IMG/VR virus record: IMGVR_UViG_3300031774_002347
Direction: 5' to 3' (one strand)
DNA: 64,000 bases
DNA from: an uncultured virus (IMG/VR IMGVR_UViG_3300031774_002347)
Taxonomy: Duplodnaviria > Heunggongvirae > Uroviricota > Caudoviricetes
A program made the position numbers and the translations under genes. Of this stretch, positions 59,998 through 64,000 are shown one piece after another. Each line of letters begins with the position of its first letter. The first letter of the stretch is position 1. The notes beneath the pieces were generated by a model, which did not search any database, had not been told where the DNA came from, and saw only the letters and a program-made list of their open reading frames with translations.

Positions 59998-60483
59998 ATG
60001 GCAAGTAGATATTGGCCAACAAGAGATACTAACTTAGCTAAACGATTCAATGATGAACTCGTAGGAAATCTTGCAGATGGAAAATGTGGAATCATTGGAC
60101 AAGAGGTAATACTATATAGAGTTTCGGTATATGATACAAAAACAAATATGTATGGTGAAGCAGGTGGGGGTAAAACCTATGAAGCAGGAGTTAAGTTAAG
60201 TTGTATTATTGAGGCAGAAGATTTTGATTGGGAAACAAATGAATTTGGACCTGATGCAAGACAAGATATAACAATAAATTTCCAAAGAGACATGTTAATT
60301 GATGTAAATTTCAGACCAGACATTGGTGATATCGTAAGTTGGAATCACGGATATTTTGAAATAAATAAAACAAATGAAAATCAATTAGTTGCTGGAGATT
60401 ATAATAAAAATTGGTCAATTACTTGTACTGCAAATCTAACAAGAATCAGTACATTAAATATTGAACAAACAAGGGCGTTTTAA
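59998..60483 (+). CDS. Head closure/neck protein (T4 gp14-like)
   Basis: Position after gp13-like gene; 'MYGE', 'PDIGDIV...YFEI'. Confidence 0.65.
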   Translation: MASRYWPTRDTNLAKRFNDELVGNLADGKCGIIGQEVILYRVSVYDTKTNMYGEAGGGKTYEAGVKLSCIIEAEDFDWETNEFGPDARQDITINFQRDMLIDVNFRPDIGDIVSWNHGYFEINKTNENQLVAGDYNKNWSITCTANLTRISTLNIEQTRAF

Positions 60484-62174
60484 TGGCAAGAAGTAAACCG
60501 ATACCAAGAAAAGTTCGTAGGGATTTGAACTCGGTTGCAATCAGAGATGATTATAATAGAGGAAATCAGTTACGAAGAGATGATGATAAGGTACAGAACA
60601 TATCTAATACTATTATGGATATGGATGGTGCAATTATGTACTACTTCAATGAAGTAATTAAACCTAATGTCGTAGAGAATAAAGAAACAATCAAAGTACC
60701 CGTTATGTATGCATCACCAGAGAGATGGTTTGCAATACAAAAACAAGGGTTTATGAAAGATAAACGACAACAATTAATTACACCAGCAATTGTATTTCGT
60801 AGAACAGGTATGGAACGAAATGAAAATATGCCTGTCGATAAGTTAGATGCAAATAAACCAAATAATTTTCAAACATTTAGACAAAAGTATTCTCAGAACA
60901 ATCGTTATGACCAGTTCTCACGAATCATAGGTGAAACACCTAATAAAGAATATTACAATGTAGTTATACCAGATTATATGATATTGAATTATGAGTTTAC
61001 AATTTGGACATCATACATCGAACAGATGAATAGTATTGTAGAAAAAATTAATTATACCGATGGTGCTTATTGGGGTGAACCTGGTAAGATGAAATTTAGA
61101 AGTAGGATAGAAACATTTACGGATGCAAGTGAACTTGATGCTGGTGAACGATTAGTAAAAACTAATTTTAGTGTACAATTAATGGGGTATATTATACCTG
61201 AAGAATTTAATAGTTTAGTAACAACACAGAAACAACTCACACCTAAAAAACTTATATTCAATATGGATGTAGAGAAATCTGCAGCAGAGATAAGTGAAGT
61301 TGGTGAGGGTGGTGGAGTATCAATAAGTACACCAACTGCAGATATATTTTCAATCGCAGTATCAAATGGATTAACATTTCAAGCAGGAACTGGTGTTACA
61401 TTGAGTAATGATGGAGCATCATTTGATGGTTCACAACCTTTAACACAACAAATATCAATTGGTCAAGATGTTAGTACAACATCTAATGTATCGTTTAATC
61501 AAGTAACCGCAGGTTCATTAGTGTTTGGTAATCCGACTGTTTATTCATATACAGGTATTAGTGGTAGTGTAAATATAACAGGTTCATTAACAACGAGTGG
61601 GGATATGACAGTACAAGGTGATACCACGATATTAGGTACACTAACTGCAAAAGAATTTAAAACTACATTTGTTTCATCAAGTATATTATTTCAAAGTGGT
61701 TCTACTAAATTAGGAGATACCACAGATGATAATCATCATAGAACTGGTAGTGTAAATATAACTGGTTCATTTAGTTTAAATGGATATAGTGTAAATGAGA
61801 TATCAAATGATAGTGGATTAACAGACCAAAGTACAACAACATTAGTAACTGAAGCCGCATTAAAATCATTTGCAACAAGTAATGTTGAGGATACACAAAA
61901 TTATTTAAGAAAACAATTTTATAAATCTACTACATCTATTCTTAATACTGCAACAGCATCATTTACTGCTGTGACTGCATCTGCACCAAGTGGTGTAACT
62001 GCAACAGATGAAAATGATTTTCTATTCTTTATTAATGGTCAATATATGGAACACGATGCTTTAACTATTCAACAAAGTGGTTCATCTTTCCTACTACAAG
62101 TAGATACAGATGGAATCGGATACGAATTAGAAAGTGATGATGAGATTATATCGGTAGGTAAATTTAACTCATAG
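60483..62174 (+). CDS. Tail terminator (T4 gp15-like) fused to fibre-like C-terminal region
   Basis: 'KVPVMYASPERW', 'YEFTIWT..EQMNSIVE'; C-terminal half has TGS/SGS repeats. Confidence 0.65.
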   Translation: MARSKPIPRKVRRDLNSVAIRDDYNRGNQLRRDDDKVQNISNTIMDMDGAIMYYFNEVIKPNVVENKETIKVPVMYASPERWFAIQKQGFMKDKRQQLITPAIVFRRTGMERNENMPVDKLDANKPNNFQTFRQKYSQNNRYDQFSRIIGETPNKEYYNVVIPDYMILNYEFTIWTSYIEQMNSIVEKINYTDGAYWGEPGKMKFRSRIETFTDASELDAGERLVKTNFSVQLMGYIIPEEFNSLVTTQKQLTPKKLIFNMDVEKSAAEISEVGEGGGVSISTPTADIFSIAVSNGLTFQAGTGVTLSNDGASFDGSQPLTQQISIGQDVSTTSNVSFNQVTAGSLVFGNPTVYSYTGISGSVNITGSLTTSGDMTVQGDTTILGTLTAKEFKTTFVSSSILFQSGSTKLGDTTDDNHHRTGSVNITGSFSLNGYSVNEISNDSGLTDQSTTTLVTEAALKSFATSNVEDTQNYLRKQFYKSTTSILNTATASFTAVTASAPSGVTATDENDFLFFINGQYMEHDALTIQQSGSSFLLQVDTDGIGYELESDDEIISVGKFNS

Positions 62175-62182
62175 GGTAACAG

Positions 62183-63028
62183 ATGCCATTATTTACATTT
62201 AAGAATCCACTCACACTATCAGATGGAACAGGTTTCACTTCATCTATCGATGAGGGAATGACTGGATTATCACCAGCAGTAAACGAACTAAGTATTGGAC
62301 AAAATGTTGCCACAAGTTCGAATGTAACTTTCGGTGAAACCACACTTGATGAAACTAAAACATTTATTATTCCAAATAATGCTGGTACTCAAAATATGGT
62401 TTTGGGATATGGATTCATATCAGGTTCAACCATAGAATTTACCAATGACCTTGTTGTTAGTGAGAATCATACACACGAAGATGATTTAACAATAATAGGT
62501 TCAGTATCATATGGAGCATCAAATTTTAGTGGTTCATCAGTAACCACGATACATCAAAGTGGTAGTACAACATTAGGTGATTCTCTTGATGATGTACATA
62601 ATATAACGGGTAGTTATTCCATTAGTGGTTCAATTAATATTAATGGTGTAGAAATAAATGAAATAAGTAATAATTCAGATTTTAGTGATGGTAATGCTAA
62701 TGCACTTGTAACAGAAGCAGCAGCATATGTTGGGGTGTTGGGTGATACTGCAACTAATAATGTGTATCTTAGAAAAGTTTATGCAAAAAAAGGAACGATA
62801 ACAAACTCAACCGCTTCATTTACAGCAGCAACTGCATCCGCAGGTACATTAACCACTACTACAAAAAATGATTTTCAATTCTTTTTAAATGGAATGATTA
62901 TGGAACCAGATGCTATAACAATAGAACAGAGTGGTTCTACATTTTTAACTCATATAAATGCATCATCATTAGGATATAATTTAGGAAGTGATGATGAGGT
63001 AGTTGCTTGGGGAAAATTTAATTCATAA
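62183..63028 (+). CDS. Fibre/collar-like structural protein, paralog of the C-terminal half of 60483
   Basis: Shared 'SIGQ.V.T.SNV.F', 'SGST.LGD..DD.H..TGS', 'YLRK', 'F.FF.NG', 'GKFNS'. Confidence 0.65.
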   Translation: MPLFTFKNPLTLSDGTGFTSSIDEGMTGLSPAVNELSIGQNVATSSNVTFGETTLDETKTFIIPNNAGTQNMVLGYGFISGSTIEFTNDLVVSENHTHEDDLTIIGSVSYGASNFSGSSVTTIHQSGSTTLGDSLDDVHNITGSYSISGSININGVEINEISNNSDFSDGNANALVTEAAAYVGVLGDTATNNVYLRKVYAKKGTITNSTASFTAATASAGTLTTTTKNDFQFFLNGMIMEPDAITIEQSGSTFLTHINASSLGYNLGSDDEVVAWGKFNS

Positions 63029-63063
63029 ATATAGAGAATCCCACATTGGTTTTACCATTGTTT

Positions 63064-63073
63064 GATATTTATA
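63064..63073 (+). promoter_or_regulatory. Recurrent motif GATATTTATA (putative late promoter)
   Basis: Lies immediately upstream of ATG 63077. Confidence 0.55.
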
Positions 63074-63076
63074 AGT

Positions 63077-63352
63077 ATGAGAAAAAGACATTGGAAGAAT
63101 AGAAAAAACCGAAAGTGTCCATCTTGTAGTAAGATTTTAACTTATACAAGGAAAGATGCTTTTGATAGAGCAGTAGGTAATAATAGTGTGTGTAAATCGT
63201 GTGCACAGTCCGATAGGAAATTAACTTTGGATACGATTGAGAAGATGAAACAACCAAAATCTACACAACACAAGAAAAAGATTTCGAAATCAATTACAGA
63301 TTGGTGGGTAGAGAAAAAACAAGAAGATATAAGACATGGCATTAATAGATAG
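63077..63352 (+). CDS. Zn-finger plus NUMOD3-like basic protein (homing-endonuclease-related DNA-binding modules)
   Basis: 'CPSC..CKSC' and 'TIEKMK.PKS..HKKKISKS'. Confidence 0.55.
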   Translation: MRKRHWKNRKNRKCPSCSKILTYTRKDAFDRAVGNNSVCKSCAQSDRKLTLDTIEKMKQPKSTQHKKKISKSITDWWVEKKQEDIRHGINR

Positions 63353-64000
63353 TAAACAATTAAATCCGAGACTGACTGGTTCATTTTCACTTAGTGGTTC
63401 ACTAAGTGGTGTGGATATTATACCCGCAGAAGCAATTGAGGGACAACTTGGTATATTCTCACCTACGGGTTCAATACAATCTACACACAATGATTTACAA
63501 GTTACTGGTTCATTGAATGTTCAATCTGATTTAACAGAAAGTGAACCAAGTTCTTCTACAGGTATAACCACAAATAATATTACAAATGGGTATCCTACAT
63601 CCAATGCATGGGGTACTGGTTTAGGTGGTAGTTACTTTAATAACTTTACATCTACTACGCATGTTAGTGAGATTTTAAGATTTATTGCGGGTGCAATGAG
63701 TCATAGTTTAGATGTATCAGATGCCGCACCAAATACAAAGTATTGGGATACAGTCAGTACATCACATACAGATGGAACTGAAATAAGTAAAAGTTCTTTA
63801 TTAAATGGAGTGTTGGGTTCTACATATGAAAATGGTAGATTAAGTAATAGTTGGACTGGTTCGGCATTCATTGATATGGCTGAAACTGGTTCTTACAAAT
63901 TAGCACTTGATTATTTAGAGTTAAAGGGATGGGTACAATCGAGTGATAGAGGAACGAATGATAATGATGTAGGAACAAATCCATTTCACGGAAGTTACGC
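63336..64000 (+). CDS. Tail/fibre-type structural protein, 3'-truncated by the window edge
   Basis: ATG 63336, MALIDSKQLNPRLTGSFSLSGS...; frame reads open toward the window end; TGS-rich. Confidence 0.7.
   Translation, partial: MALIDSKQLNPRLTGSFSLSGSLSGVDIIPAEAIEGQLGIFSPTGSIQSTHNDLQVTGSLNVQSDLTESEPSSSTGITTNNITNGYPTSNAWGTGLGGSYFNNFTSTTHVSEILRFIAGAMSHSLDVSDAAPNTKYWDTVSTSHTDGTEISKSSLLNGVLGSTYENGRLSNSWTGSAFIDMAETGSYKLALDYLELKGWVQSSDRGTNDNDVGTNPFHGSY

Noticed and set aside
1701..63490. Numerous short minus-strand and alternate-frame ORFs in the track
   Set aside because: They overlap well-supported + strand genes, lack recognisable motifs and show antisense-type composition.
1..64000. Stop-codon reassignment (as in some large phages)
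   Set aside because: Long intact ORFs under the standard code. TAA, TAG and TGA all end genes at coupled junctions.
1..64000. CRISPR array, tRNA/rRNA genes, DGR, IS elements
   Set aside because: No regularly spaced repeats, cloverleaf, reverse transcriptase or transposase were seen, and intergenic gaps are short. Not verified with tRNAscan or CRISPR finders.

Overview
This window is a segment of a large, AT-rich (about 30% GC by eye) T4-like (myovirus-type) phage genome. All credible genes are on the + strand and use the standard code. The first ~35 kb is a tightly coupled cluster of ~45 glycan/surface-modification genes: GT7, GT2-, GT47- and GT-B-type glycosyltransferases, 7 SGNH-like proteins, 3 radical SAM enzymes, methyl- and sulfotransferases, NeuA/NeuB-like enzymes, HAD and nucleotidyltransferases, and up to 5 ParB/Srx-like proteins. 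A Hint-domain protein sits near its start. The rest is a head/lysis/neck module: GH108 endolysin, terminase, portal, prohead protease, a block of probable internal head proteins, ribosomal protein bS21, scaffold, major capsid, neck and tail-terminator genes. The best candidate for a new system is an apparent capsid-cargo system. Five proteins share an N-terminal peptide M(I/A)KL(K/M)D(L/I)(L/I)(K/V)E, and a ~1467-aa polyprotein joins CCA-adding nucleotidyltransferase, HD, HIGH-type nucleotidyltransferase and RNA-ligase-like domains through T4 gp21-type [LIV]-x-E sites. Together with a tagged P-loop kinase, this suggests a virion-delivered tRNA/RNA repair kit. Also seen are a recurrent intergenic ATATTTAT motif (10 copies) and a four-hairpin leader upstream of the scaffold/capsid genes. 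All family assignments come from motif recognition by eye; no database searches were run.
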